From IMG/VR virus record IMGVR_UViG_3300037483_001817: DNA of 64,000 bases. One strand, written 5' to 3'. The notes below the pieces were generated by a model. The model saw only the letters and a list, made by a program, of their open reading frames with translations, made no database searches and was not told where the DNA came from. This stretch comes from an uncultured virus (IMG/VR IMGVR_UViG_3300037483_001817) (Duplodnaviria; Heunggongvirae; Uroviricota; Caudoviricetes). Below are positions 37,122 through 48,507 of this stretch, one piece after another. Position numbers and translations under genes: made by a program. The first letter of the stretch is position 1. Each line of letters starts with the position of its first letter.

Positions 37122-38642
37122 TCATGGCAAGAAGCTCCAGGTGAACAGATGGGGCAGGTCGAGCGCGAGCCTGGTGAGCTTCGCTCCCAGTTTGCAGAGA
37201 CCCTCGTGGTATTTGGCGTCGAGGTGGTTGTCTCCGCCGGGCAAGCCGTGGCCCAGCTCGTGGAGGAGCAGCTGGTTCAGCTGATCGGTCGGCCCGTGGC
37301 TGCACGCGTTGAAGAAGTCGTGCCCCAGGCGCCCGAGGTTGAACACGAGGCCCTGGCTGCCGTAGCAGGCACCCGCGCTCTCGGTGATGTCGGACATGAC
37401 CGACACCTCGACGCGCGAGCCGATCAGCGCGCGGCAGACCTCGGTTGCGTACGCGACGACGGCTCGCATCGCGGGCGTCCACTTCGCGCGCGGCACCCAG
37501 CAGTCCTTGCCGTCGGGCGCGAACAGGACCTTCTTGGTCGGCGCGATCTGACCTGCGGGCTTGAGCTTCGGATCGTGCTTCTTGGCGTTCGCCCACTGGT
37601 CACCGGTGAGCTGCCCGCCCTTGATCAGCGTGTAGCCCTGGCTCTCCAGGTTCATGTTCGCTTCGAGATCGTTCGGATCCCAGATCGCGCGCTTCTTGGT
37701 GAACTTGAGATCGAGCGCCTTGTTCGCGGCCTCGGGCGCGACATCATCATCGGCGAGGGCCTCGTTCACGAACGTTGCGTTGCCGTCGTCCTCGGTGAGC
37801 TTGTCATGCATCGCGTTGACGACGACCGTGCGCACGTCGCGCAGGTACGCGGGTGTCACGTTGTCGCGGTCCATATTGAGCGGCACTTTTTGCGATACGG
37901 ACACGTGGAACTTGTCACCCGTCTCGACGACGGGCATGCCCAGTTCGTAGAGCATCGGGGTCTCGCCAGGCAGTGGCTCGTAGATGTCCACCGTCGTCTT
38001 GCGGATGGACCTACGCAGCACACCCTCGTCATCCGAGATCTCGGTCGCCAGGGTTGCCTCGACCGTCTTGAGGAGCACGCGCACGGGCAGCTGCTCACCG
38101 TTGATGAGGAGCGTGACGCCCGCGGGCACGATGATCTTCTTGAGGCCGGCCTTGATCTCGGCCAGCTCGGCACGCGTGATGCGCGCGATGCCCTGGAACT
38201 CGGTGCCGCGTTCGCGCCGCGCCTTCATCGGCGCGCGTCCGCGCGCGTCGAACTGCACCGCGCTCTTGGTGGAGATGATCGACGCCTCGACGCAGAGTGC
38301 GAGCACAAGCTTCTCGCCCAGATCGAACCGCCCGCGCTTGGTCGGGTACGCCTTGCGGCTCGACTCGGCGAACAGCGTCCAGGCATGGGTGATGTCCTCG
38401 AAGCCGCCGGGGGCGTCGTCGCTTACCAGGATCGTCGCGTGAGGCACGCCCTGCTCGGGTTCCAGCACGACCTCGACGTGCGTCACGCCGTCGGCGTCGA
38501 GCGCGTTCGCGATCAGCTCCAGGAGCAGGGCGATCTTGCCACCGCCCTCGCTGCCCCAGCCCGAGCCGCCACCGCGGCGCTCGATGAGCTTCGCGAGCCC
38601 CTTGCGATCGACGTCGAACCAGTTCTTTTGCGTGACGCTCAT
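37122..38642 (-). CDS. GHKL (HSP90/MutL/gyrase-B-like) ATPase with C-terminal HExxH motif
   Basis: N-box ELIANALDA, G1 VSDDAPGG, G2 RGRFDLGEK, G3 GT; C-terminal LLLHELGHG..HLDAKYH. Confidence 0.8.
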   Translation of the reverse strand: MSVTQKNWFDVDRKGLAKLIERRGGGSGWGSEGGGKIALLLELIANALDADGVTHVEVVLEPEQGVPHATILVSDDAPGGFEDITHAWTLFAESSRKAYPTKRGRFDLGEKLVLALCVEASIISTKSAVQFDARGRAPMKARRERGTEFQGIARITRAELAEIKAGLKKIIVPAGVTLLINGEQLPVRVLLKTVEATLATEISDDEGVLRRSIRKTTVDIYEPLPGETPMLYELGMPVVETGDKFHVSVSQKVPLNMDRDNVTPAYLRDVRTVVVNAMHDKLTEDDGNATFVNEALADDDVAPEAANKALDLKFTKKRAIWDPNDLEANMNLESQGYTLIKGGQLTGDQWANAKKHDPKLKPAGQIAPTKKVLFAPDGKDCWVPRAKWTPAMRAVVAYATEVCRALIGSRVEVSVMSDITESAGACYGSQGLVFNLGRLGHDFFNACSHGPTDQLNQLLLHELGHGLPGGDNHLDAKYHEGLCKLGAKLTRLALDLPHLFTWSFLP

Positions 38643-39761
38643 GTGCTCCTAGAGCAGCTTGACGTGAGGGATGACGTTGTTGAGGCGGGGCTCGGTGCGC
38701 ACGTGGTCGACGTACACGACGATGTAGCGCATGCCCACCTCGGCCAAGTAGGCAAGCTCGCCGTCATCACAGGTGGCGTAGAAGCCGAAGCCCGCTTCGC
38801 CGGCCGACCAGACGTCGCGTCCGCAGGTGACGTGATCGAGTGCCTCCGCGGGCGTCGCCTCGATGGGAACAGCCCAGGTTAGCGCGCCTTTCTTGGGCGC
38901 ACGCAGCTCGATCCGCACGCGGATCACGTCGTGGAACTCGAATTCGGCTTTGGCGCTCACGGCCAGTTCTCCCCGAGCGGTCCGTGCAGCATTTCTGCGC
39001 GGCGCTTCTCGCGAACGCGCGCAGCTTCGTTGCGCAACTCTTCAGGGCTGAGGCTGTCCCCATCGTCGGCGTAGATGTCAGCGGGGTCTGTCCACAGAAG
39101 CTGTCGACCACGCGGCATCTTGGGCATTGTCTTGATGCGGCAGCCAACGACCTGCACGCAGCCATTCGGCAGGGAGACCTCGATACTGCGGATCTTGCCG
39201 TCCGACTCGTTCAGCTGACCGGTTAGCAGGACATCAAGGCCGAGGCCCGTGCCGGCTGGTGTGCGCGCGTAGAGCTTCACGGCGTGACCTTCGACGCCTT
39301 CGCGTCAGAGATGAAACGGCCGACGGTGACAAGCTCCACGCCGTCGGGCGTCATCTGTGAGCAGTACAGGTAGTAGGTTCCGGCGATGCTGGGATCGCGG
39401 TGCGTGACTTCGCACGACCACTGCGGATCGTTGAGGTGCAGGGCAAACTGGATGATGGTGGTCAAGAGCGCAACCATGGTCAAGACTCCTTCGGGGCGCG
39501 AGGCGCGGGGTTCAGGTAACACCGACGAGTTGAAGATCTTCGAGACGCATCCAGTGCTCCTGACCCTTCGCAGGTCCGCCATGAACGCGCACCTTGAACA
39601 GCAAGTGTCCAGGATTCTCGGCAATCACGTCAGCGTAGCGATCGAGCGCCTCGCCGAAGCCAGGAACGGCCTTATGGATGCGCACCTGGCATCCAACACG
39701 GATCGACGGTCTCAGCCAGGGACGTTTCATCTTCATGGTCTCCCGGTCGTGGTCAGCATGA

Positions 39762-40205
39762 TCATTCGCCTTTGGGCTGGGGAAGGTCGTGGTACTCGCG
39801 CACCATGTACGCGAGCTGCTGGTAGTACGTCAGTCCGTCAGCGCGGTAGGGCACGAGCGAGTCCTCGATGCCGTGCTCGGCGCAGTAGTCGCGCACGTAC
39901 GCTTCGACGTCGTCGCTGTACGTGGGTGAAAGCTTGCCGGGCAGCGCGAAGTCGGACACGCACATAAGCTCGGTGCAGATGCCCTCGCCCTCGCCACCGC
40001 ACTCACCGTTCTCGTTCACCTGCCCGCAAAAGTGGCAGACCTCAGCAACCTTGACGGTGGGGTAGTTCTCGTCCGCCCACTCCTGGGTCGTCTCGTAGTT
40101 GAAGTCGCTCGCCTCATGCTGAGCGATCACCGAGCCAGCGAGGATCTCGCGCTGGCGCTCGGTGAGTGCGGTCACGTCGAATCGGAACGTCATGTAGCGC
40201 GGCAT
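39762..40205 (-). CDS. Hypothetical protein with an FDVTxLT..QxEASD domain; first gene after cassette 2
   Basis: FRFDVTALTERQREILAGSVIAQHEASD; the same domain occurs twice in 46711-47109. Confidence 0.75.
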   Translation of the reverse strand: MPRYMTFRFDVTALTERQREILAGSVIAQHEASDFNYETTQEWADENYPTVKVAEVCHFCGQVNENGECGGEGEGICTELMCVSDFALPGKLSPTYSDDVEAYVRDYCAEHGIEDSLVPYRADGLTYYQQLAYMVREYHDLPQPKGE

Positions 40206-40219
40206 GCTGATCCTCCTTT

Positions 40220-40340
40220 GCTTGCGGCGTGCCGTGATTCCAGCGGCCTAAGCCCGCGGACGTAAAACCTGGGTAGCTCGATACCCAGAGCTCCCTGCTC
40301 ACGGCGGCGTGGCGCTCGAGAGCCGGGTACTGGACTACCC
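40220..40340 (-). promoter_or_regulatory. Cassette 2: sigma54-type promoter with two upstream boxes
   Basis: Minus-strand GGCACGCCGCAAGC (40233-40220); boxes at 40271-40286 and 40325-40340. Confidence 0.8.
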
Positions 40341-42183
40341 GGGATCACGAGGGATCCGCCAGAGCTGAGTGCTGAGCGCTGAGCGCCGGTCGGCCCTTGT
40401 CGGCGGCGAGCCCACGCTCCAGCGCAGCGGTCAGGTTGAGCAGGGCAACGGCGGACCACTGCTCGGTGAACAATGTCCAGCGGCGACGCACGGCCCTGTC
40501 ATGCAACCGACGAGTTCTCGGGTCCCACCAAGGTTCAGGTGTAGCGAGCGGTCGAGCGCGAGTGAACTTTGGCTTTGGCGACATCCTCTCGTAGCCCCCG
40601 ACGAAGCGGCCATCCATTTCAATGAGGCCGCATCCAGGCCGGTGGACCCCATAACAAAGGCAGTCATCGCACCAGCGTCGTGGATCGCTCGGAGTCACCG
40701 GTGTCGGCGCGGACGATCGAATGATGCCGTCCGCATGGAGTTCCCATCCGATCGTGTTCGCTACCGTCGTACGTTCGTCGCGCATCGTTTGCCACCTGGC
40801 CGCCGAGGCATTTCGATACTTCGTCAGATCGGCATCGCTTCGCCCGCCAGACGTGGTCGAGACGCCACAGTCCAGGCAGTACCACGCCGTAGTCCGAGCG
40901 TTGCAGACCACACAGCGGCTGCCGCGAATGCGCTGGGCCGCATTCTCCGTCATGGTGTGATTGCGACCTCGAAGCAGCAGCCGAGCGCTTCCTCCGTCGC
41001 GGCCGACAGTTGGTCAGCCTCCGCTGCCGCTTGGTCGCACTTCGCAGAGCAGTGCTCGTGGTGCAAGCGCGCGGGCTTGTGGATCTTGCCGCACCACGAG
41101 CAGCAGCGGGCGTGCCTGTCAGTCTCGCAGTTGGGGCAGAGCGACATTTTCACTTCCCCTTCGGCATCGGCGCGTGTCTGCACGCCCATCTCCAGCCGCA
41201 CGTCAGGCCGCAAAAGCGCTGATCCCCGTAGTCGCCCCACTCTTGCGGCGTGCCGTCGTCGAACGTCTGGCCGTCGCGCGTGTAGCGCCGGAGCGGCTTG
41301 TTGCACGCCAGGCAGTTGGGGCGTGGCGTGGTCGCGGTGGGACGCTTGGCCTTCGGGCGGCGGATGTTGTTGGCGATCGCGTCGCAGCGCTTGATGGCGC
41401 TCATGACGTCGTCGGCCATCGTGCTGTTGCCGCTGTATTGCAGACCGGAGTCGGCGTACAGCTCGCGGGCCTGGCTGTACGCTTCGAGCGCTTCGTTCTC
41501 GCGACCGGCAACGCGCAGTTTCCGCGCGTCCTTCTCTTTGATGCGCGCTTCTTCGAGCGTGACGAAAGCTGCGTTGGTCTCGGAAGCGGTCATGACTTCT
41601 CCTCGTGCACACCTGTCGGCGTGATCACGCGTCGTGCGGAGCGCTCTTTGTCGAGCGTTTGCGCTCCCAGCGCGGTCAGCGCGATGCGGCCCCGGTAGAT
41701 CGGATCCCACGCGAGCAGCTCGTGCTTGAGGAGCCACAACAGCGTGCGGCGCAGGTTGCCGTTGCCCTCGTTGAGATCCTTGGCGTAGAGCTGGCGCCCC
41801 TTCGCGTAGCGGAGCGCATCGAACTGCGGGCGACTCAGCTTCCGCGTCACGACGGCAGCTCCTTGATGATCTGGTTCACCTGGATATAGCGAGTGCCCGG
41901 CTCGTCTTTGGCCAGCGCGGACACCACGAACAAGAGGCCGCGGTCGATGCGGTTGTCGACACATTCCACGAGCCCGAACTCGACGAGCTTGAACATGGCC
42001 GTGAAGTTGAGGCCGAAGATCTTCTCGGTGGTGTCCGCTCTGCGCCAGCAGCCGTCCTTGCCTCGCACGAGCTTGCCTCCGACGGTGCGCAGAACATCGT
42101 ATTGGTACTGCTGCGACGCGGAAAGCCCGCGGCCACTGGCGAGCCGTGTGCGCGGGAAGTGCCTTGGTATGAACCCAACCCAA

Positions 42184-42519
42184 TCAACCACGGCGCCCTC
42201 GCAGGCGAAGGCACTTGAGCGCGGCCATCTTTGCGGCGTACGCGATTGACTGCATCTCCTCGGGGGTGAATCCGGGATCGGGACAGCGGTCGAGACCAAG
42301 GCTCGCGATTACCTTGTCACGCTGCATGCGGTGCCCCATGCCGCCATCGCGAGCGTCTCGGGCATCGCCGTACCCCGACCAGTAGACGGCGATCATGGTT
42401 TCCTTGCCCCCGGCCGCGTCGAGGCTGGCGAACGCCTTCGGATTGATCGTCTTGGTCCACGCAGGTGCGCGCTTCGTTGAGCGCTTCGTTGTCGTCTTAC
42501 GCTTTGCAGTTGCGGTCAC
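42184..42519 (-). CDS. Hypothetical protein whose C-terminus is paralogous to that of 46382-46714
   Basis: PDPGFTPEEMQSIAYAAKMAALK. Confidence 0.7.
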   Translation of the reverse strand: MTATAKRKTTTKRSTKRAPAWTKTINPKAFASLDAAGGKETMIAVYWSGYGDARDARDGGMGHRMQRDKVIASLGLDRCPDPGFTPEEMQSIAYAAKMAALKCLRLRGRRG

Positions 42520-43741
42520 GGCTGCACCGCCTTCCAGTTGACACTGTCGTGTCCGGGCTGGAGATCCTTACCGGCCTTGTACAGCCAACGTCCGTCGTCC
42601 GCGGACTGCGTTGACGCGTTGATGAAGACTTCGTGGTTGTCGGCAAGACGCACGACGAGGTGGATGCGGTTATCTCCGGTGCGACGCAGTTTGCCGATCG
42701 CGATGACGTCGGCGCGCTCGAAGGAGCGCTCGGTGCCCCCGGCCCACTGACCCCAACCGGAGTCAGTGGCGACAGTTCCGATCACGGCGTCACGTCCTTG
42801 ATGACCTGGTCCTGCTTCATCTTGAGGGCTGCTTCGGCGGCCATCTTGGTGGCGAAGCCTTGGGGCAGCACGTGGTACTCGAAGCCGTCGTCTGACCTCG
42901 TGCGCACCGTGAAGATCACGCCGCGCGTCTCGTGCGGAACGTCGGCGATGTTCCAGCACTCCTTGCAGAGGCAGCAGCCGGTGCTAGCGGCGATGTACGC
43001 CATGGTCAGCGGCCTCCTTTGGATCGGGCGAGGAGCGCGCGCGCCAAAATGCGCTCGACGATCGGCAGACAGCGCTCGCGACACAAAACCACGTCGTGGA
43101 CGATCGCGTGGCGCTGTTCGTCTGGAGCTCCAGTGATATCCGGAATGCGCGCCGTGCAGATTTCACATGGCAGTCCCTGTTCGTGTCGGTCCCGTATTAT
43201 CGCCGGCTCGGAGAGCCATCGTGATGCCACCTAGTCCTCCTTCGGTTCAGACTCGGGCGCTGTCGCCATAAGTAGCTTCTCGCCTGCGGCGCAGAGCGCG
43301 AACGGTGAGGTGCGCGTCGGCTGCGGCCTTCCAGCCGGGAGATGGTTCAGCCGTCGGCCTGGTTGTCGACGTCGAAGCATCAGTGCCAATCCAGCACGAT
43401 AAGTTGGTCGTCTGGCATCGTGAGCACGTAAGCCCTGACCGGATGCTTTGGCCAGTGCTCGGCGAGCACGGGACGCAGCTCCTTCGCGGTGAGCCAGCAA
43501 TATGGATCGCCGTAGACATCATCCACGAGCTTGCCGTGGCAACGCTCGCCCTTGCACTGGCCGTCCGGGATCTCCTTGCCGCCGTACGCCGAGATGTCGT
43601 GGCCATCAGGGAGTCGCCGCGCGAGATCGCGGATCGTGCTGCCGAGGTCCCAGCTGAGACCCCCGAGTTCGAGGACAGAACGGGAGAGGCCGAAGCCGTC
43701 GTGGAAGCGATCGACGGGAAGGAGGCGGAGTGCGAGACCCA

Positions 43742-44416
43742 TTACATGCTCCCTTGGCTGGCGTCGGAGCTTTGGACAGCTGCGTCGCGGTCGAAGAAGG
43801 TTTCGAGAAGTCTGCCGAGAAAAGGGAGATCGTCTTGCACGCGCAGTAGCCGCTCGCGGACGTTCGTCGGCAAGGAAATCTTTGTCGTGCTCTGAAAGTT
43901 GTAGTTTTCCCATCCGTCGGGCGTCATCAGATCCAAGAGACCGTCGAGGGCGGCCTCGCGCACATGGACAGGGCACGCCTTCCGTTCGAGCGCGCTCCAG
44001 AGACTATCTTCAGCGTCTGGACCACCGATGCTCGCCAGCGCGAACGCTGCGCCACGGCGCGCTTCTTCACCAAACGTGCGTCCGTCTGCGAGACGATCGG
44101 CATGCAGCAGCGCTGCAAGATCATGAACGCAAGAGGCGTCGCCGAACTCCGCGATGACGTACGTCGCCAGCACACGCGTCTCTTCGTCGATGTCCAACCA
44201 CAGGATGTGGAGGTACGTATCCAAACGGAAGTCCTTCGCTGGGACGACGAACTCGGCAGCTGTGTTCGGATAGTAGCGCCCAGGAACCGGCGTCCTGGCT
44301 GCCGCGGCTTCCGTGCGCGTCCCCCGTGGCTTCCCAAAGGTTGCGCGCGACAACGCTCCCTGGCGACGTAGCGCGGCAGCCTCACGGCGCGTGTTGTCGT
44401 TGCCGTCGAACGTCAC
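43742..44416 (-). CDS. HEAT-repeat-like protein
   Basis: TRVLATYVIAEFGD, ARRGAAFALASIGG and VREAALDGL repeats. Confidence 0.6.
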   Translation of the reverse strand: MTFDGNDNTRREAAALRRQGALSRATFGKPRGTRTEAAAARTPVPGRYYPNTAAEFVVPAKDFRLDTYLHILWLDIDEETRVLATYVIAEFGDASCVHDLAALLHADRLADGRTFGEEARRGAAFALASIGGPDAEDSLWSALERKACPVHVREAALDGLLDLMTPDGWENYNFQSTTKISLPTNVRERLLRVQDDLPFLGRLLETFFDRDAAVQSSDASQGSM

Positions 44417-44592
44417 AGCGTCACGCACTCGGGGCACGGCGCGTAGCCGATGATCCCCAGTCGGTTGGTAACGACGCCGGAGCCGCGGCAGCGCGTGCAC
44501 TTTCGACACCGCTCGATGAACGGATCGGCAGCAGCTTCACGTGCAGCGAGTTCATCCGCGGTTGGTTCTATGGGGGTTCGTTTGTCGCCCAC
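44413..44592 (-). CDS. Small Zn-finger protein missing from the ORF track (~59 aa)
   Basis: Hand translation: (M)GDKRTPIEPTADELAAREAAADPFIERCRKCTRCRGSG...APCPECVTL; it overlaps both neighbours. Confidence 0.6.
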   Translation of the reverse strand: MGDKRTPIEPTADELAAREAAADPFIERCRKCTRCRGSGVVTNRLGIIGYAPCPECVTL

Positions 44593-46381
44593 TATTCAGC
44601 CTCGATGACGGCGGGATGTTCCTTCGCGTGGTCCTTCGTACGCTTTTCCATCTGCGGGCGAAGTTCCTTGACCATGTCCTCTGCGAGACGTCGCAGGCGC
44701 GTTGCTTCCTCGTCCTTGCCATCGCGGAATAGCTTTACAGCGCGCTCGTGAAGATACTCGGCGGCGGCGTCGAGGCCGCTCGCATGACCGCTGAGCCAGC
44801 CTTGCGTTCTGATGTTGTCGTACGAGTACCGGACATCGGCCTCGTCGGTGAGAATAGTGTCTCTGCTCACTTATGTTCTCCTCTGCGGTGGGTTCGTCGG
44901 TTTTTAGCCCGTCCTTTCACGGCATGCCCTCTTGGCAGGAGGCCCACGCGATCGCACGCGCGGCTTCCGTCTTCTTGCGAGCGAGCGACTCCAGCTCAAG
45001 AAGCCGCGCTGTCAGGAAGAACCGAATGGCTTGCAGCGGGGTCTCGAAGAAGATGCGGCCGAGGGCGCTCGGCTCGAACAGGACGTTCGAGACGCCGACA
45101 AAGCGCCTCTGGAGTTTGACCTGCCTTCCGCTCGCGCGTTCCACGGTGACGCAGGCGACCTTCCACGTGTGCGGCGTATCGTCAGGTGGATCTACTTCGA
45201 CCACGCGGTAGACGATCGTGCCGGCCTTGAGTGGCGTGCTCACGCAGCCTCCACCGTGATGCCGTCGGGATGCGTGCCGTCGACGACGTGCTCGATGTCG
45301 AGCGCGGGCACGTAGATCCGTACGTCGACGTAGTGCTCGTGGCTACGGCCCTCCCAGCCGGGGCCTTGGATCTCGATGCGGGCGGGATCGTCGCCGGCAG
45401 GGTCTTCGTGGAAGCCGGCCTTGGAGAGCCATGCCTGGGCGACCGCCACCGCGGCGTCGGTCTCGCTCGGTTTTTCGCGGACGAGCGCGCGTCTGCGCGC
45501 GTTGCCGATCTTCGTCTGTGGCGCCTTCGCAGACTTCGTGGACTTCTTCTTCACGAGGATGCTCCTTCGACCTCGATGATCTGTCCGCGCTCGATCTGTT
45601 CTCCGAGGTAGAGCCACGACACTCCCATCACGTCGGGCGCTGAACGCGCGTTGGTGGGCGGTCCGCCTTCGTCTTTGAGCACGCGCACAGTGCGGTAGTT
45701 CGGGCCAGAGAGATCCTTGTGATCGAGGACCATTTCGCACTCGTGACGGTGCACGCCGGAACCAGTTTGCCCGTGCCAGTGACCCTCGAACTTGGCGATG
45801 ATCCGCGTCGGTGCCCACAAATGGCCGACCTTGGGTGCCAAGAACTCGTCGCGCATGGCGTTGGCGTTGGCGAGTGCACGCTCCGCGCTGGCCGCTTTCT
45901 TCTTGTCGCCGCGCTTCTTTGCGCGCCGCAGGTCAGCCGTCGCGCGGCTGATCCGGTTGTCGATGCGGTTGTACTCCGCGCGCTCGGAGCCCGAGAGTTG
46001 CGGGCCTGACGTGGCTCGCTTCTCGACGGTCGCGAGCTGCTCGTTGAGGACGACGGTCGTGTTCGGCATGACTAGAACTCCTTCAGTGCGACGCCGTAGT
46101 GTTTCGCGATCTCACCAGCGACGTGCCGGGTTACCCAGCCGAGGCCGTAACGACCTACGGACGTTTCGTCGCTGGCGTCGTAGCCCTGTTGATCGATCAC
46201 CGTGACGGGGCCTATGGCCAGGTCGGCCATGGTGTGTGCGCACTTGAACGTCACGGTCACGGGACCCGTGATCACGGGAAGAGGTCTCGTCGTGGCTTTG
46301 GGGCACGAGAAGACCATGTGGTTCCCGGAGGTGGTGACCACCGGAATCCCCGCTTGTCCACGGATGTCTTCAAGCCGGTTG

Positions 46382-46714
46382 TCACCCATTGCCGCGCTTT
46401 CGACGGGCGATGAGTACCTTCGCGAGCGCCATCTTTGCGGCGAACGCGACGGGCTGCATTTCCTCCATCGTGAGCGGAGGATCAGGCATCGCATCATTGC
46501 CGGTATCGGCAGAGACGCGCCCGATCAATCTGAACGGATCGCGGCCAGATACGTAACCGACGACGACCATGCAGACTTCCATGCCAACCGCCTCATTGGC
46601 TGCACGTCGCGTGTCGAACGCCTGTTTTGCTTTCCAGGTCGCGCAACTCTTCGCGTGCATGCCGTTCGGCATACGGCAGCAACGCTCGGATCGTTTGGTC
46701 TTGGTCTTGGTCAC
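46382..46714 (-). CDS. Hypothetical protein whose C-terminus is paralogous to that of 42184-42519
   Basis: PDPPLTMEEMQPVAFAAKMALAK. Confidence 0.7.
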   Translation of the reverse strand: MTKTKTKRSERCCRMPNGMHAKSCATWKAKQAFDTRRAANEAVGMEVCMVVVGYVSGRDPFRLIGRVSADTGNDAMPDPPLTMEEMQPVAFAAKMALAKVLIARRKRGNG

Positions 46715-47109
46715 CGGGACCTTTTCGCGCGAGAGACGACCTTGCTCGTGACGGCGACATTGGGATGACCCGGGGTATTCAACGATGGATCGTTCACCCA
46801 CTCCTCGGCGTCGGACGCTTCAGCCTGCACTTCTGCTTCACTCGCGAGGTGACCGATCGCGGTCTTGGTGAGGCCGGTAACGTCGAACTCGACGACGAGG
46901 TACTGGCTCTTGCCACGCTTGACGACGCGCGTGTCGAGTACAGGCACGTCGGGGTGTCCCGTCTTGCCATCGAAGTGTTTACCGCCCATACCATCGGACG
47001 CTTCGTTTTGCATTTGCGCTTCCTGTGCGAGCTGACCGATCTCGTCCTTGGAGAGATCGGTGACGTTGTACGAGACGACGAGTTTCTTGGGGTTCTTGCG
47101 GCTGCTCAT
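46711..47109 (-). CDS. Hypothetical protein with two tandem (F/Y)xVTxL..QxEASD..GHPxV domains
   Basis: Internal duplication visible in the translation. Confidence 0.75.
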   Translation of the reverse strand: MSSRKNPKKLVVSYNVTDLSKDEIGQLAQEAQMQNEASDGMGGKHFDGKTGHPDVPVLDTRVVKRGKSQYLVVEFDVTGLTKTAIGHLASEAEVQAEASDAEEWVNDPSLNTPGHPNVAVTSKVVSRAKRSR

Positions 47110-47306
47110 GAGCGAACTTCGGCCGGGCTGGTGTCTGCTTCGGCCTTGAGGCCGCGCGTGATCATCTCGGCGGTGACGCTGGCGATCGTGTGCGGCCAGC
47201 CACGCTTTCCGGCGATCTCGGCGATCAGCGCGTGCTCTTCTGGTTTCACGCGCACGTACGTGACGACGCGGGCGTCGCGCTTGGCCTTCCGCTGGGACTT
47301 GGGCAT
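47106..47306 (-). CDS. Ribbon-helix-helix DNA-binding protein (putative)
   Basis: Basic N-terminus, alternating strand VVTYVRV, then helices EEHALIAEIAGKRG and TIASVTAEMITRGL. Confidence 0.6.
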   Translation of the reverse strand: MPKSQRKAKRDARVVTYVRVKPEEHALIAEIAGKRGWPHTIASVTAEMITRGLKAEADTSPAEVRS

Positions 47307-47472
47307 GAGCAAGGTCATGGCACGAGATCGCGCTGCGTTGCAAGAAGCTCTTGCAGCGTCACGGCCGCGTTGCGAATCTTCGAGTGGAAGGACCACCATG
47401 CCTGATCTTCGTCGGACGTCGCGATCTGCTTGGCGAACATCTTCACCTGGCCGGCATCCCACGCAGGCTCCT

Positions 47473-48288
47473 TCATCGGCTCCTCCGCGAAGCTTCCTTG
47501 GTGTCGATCTGATCCTGGATGCCTTCCGTGATCGCGGCGAGTTCATCGCGCACGGTCTTGAGTGCCTTGACGCGGGCCTCGTGCTCGCGCTGCGCGGTGA
47601 GCCCGGCGTCCGGGCCCTGCACGTAGTAGTCGCGCGCGTTGGGACCGGCGTCGCACACGGCGTCGATCGCCTTGCGGACGGCCTCGGCCGCCTCGGCGTA
47701 CTGGTCGCGCAGGACCTCTCCCGCGGTACCGTTCAAGTGGACGGTCGGGATCAGCATCCTAGAAGGCTCCGCGAAGTTTGAGGTGATCGAGCTGGGTCTG
47801 CGCTTCGTCCGACCATTGCTCCCAGGGAACGATCCCGCCGAGGGTGTGCGCGAGCTTGTCGAGGGACGCGTAGCTGCGCGGTGCGAGGTCGTGACTCTGG
47901 AGCACGAACTCGCCGCGGCGCTCGCTGACGTAGTACACGTCGGCTGCACCGCTGACGCGCTGGCCGGGCTTGGTCGCGAGCCTGAGCATCAGCATTACAG
48001 CCACTCCACGTCCGTCACGCGGACGCTGGTGTCGATCTTGTTGCGACGCGACCACACGGTGACGAACTTGCCGCTGGACGGAAGGCCGGGCAGCTCGTCC
48101 TTCTTCTCGGTTGCGATCGCGAATTCTCCGCGCGCGAACGCCAGGCCCGCCTTCGTTTTGACGTCGCCCTTGATGCGCACGAGCCGGTAGGGTGTGAAGT
48201 GGTTCCTGTACTGCGGATACTGGGCGACCTGCGCGGTGGCGGTTTCCTTGAGGCGAGCGAGCGTGGCAGCGAGATCAACGTTCTGCAT
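47473..48288 (-). CDS. Three hypothetical proteins (47995-48288, 47759-47995, 47473-47757) at the head of the minus-strand block
   Basis: Co-oriented ORFs immediately after cassette 3. Confidence 0.65.
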
Positions 48289-48301
48289 GCCAACGTCTCC
48301 T

Positions 48302-48494
48302 GCTCGCGGCGTGCCGGACGTGATCCGAAGCTAAGCTCGCGTCAAGCCGTTTGGCCGCAGTGCTGATTGGCGTGCTCAAGACACGGGTAGAGAGCTACCC
48401 AGAATCCGGCTCGCCACGAGCTCGGGTGGGTGCGGCGCTACCTCGGTGTCAGATCAGTGGCTTAGGCTCGTACTCACGCTGGCACCGCGCGTGG
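48302..48494. promoter_or_regulatory. Cassette 3: divergent sigma54-type promoters sharing two boxes
   Basis: Minus-strand GGCACGCCGCGAGC (48315-48302); boxes gggtagagagctaccc 48385-48400 and 48428-48443; plus-strand GGCACCGCGCGTGG (48481-48494, -12 is GG rather than GC). Confidence 0.75.
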
Positions 48495-48507
48495 ATAGTT
48501 GAGGGAC

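Larger units (their letters stand above)
15682..48288 (-). other. ~32.6 kb minus-strand array of tightly coupled, mostly <200-aa hypothetical genes, many with CxxC Zn-ribbon motifs
   Basis: Near-continuous chain of minus-strand ORFs with 4-nt start/stop overlaps, typical of accessory regions in large phages. Confidence 0.8.

Noticed and set aside
37149..38882. 577-aa plus-strand ORF, and many similar long Arg/Ala-rich ORFs in the track
   Set aside because: Antisense or alternate-frame shadows of real genes in high-GC DNA; they have no motifs.
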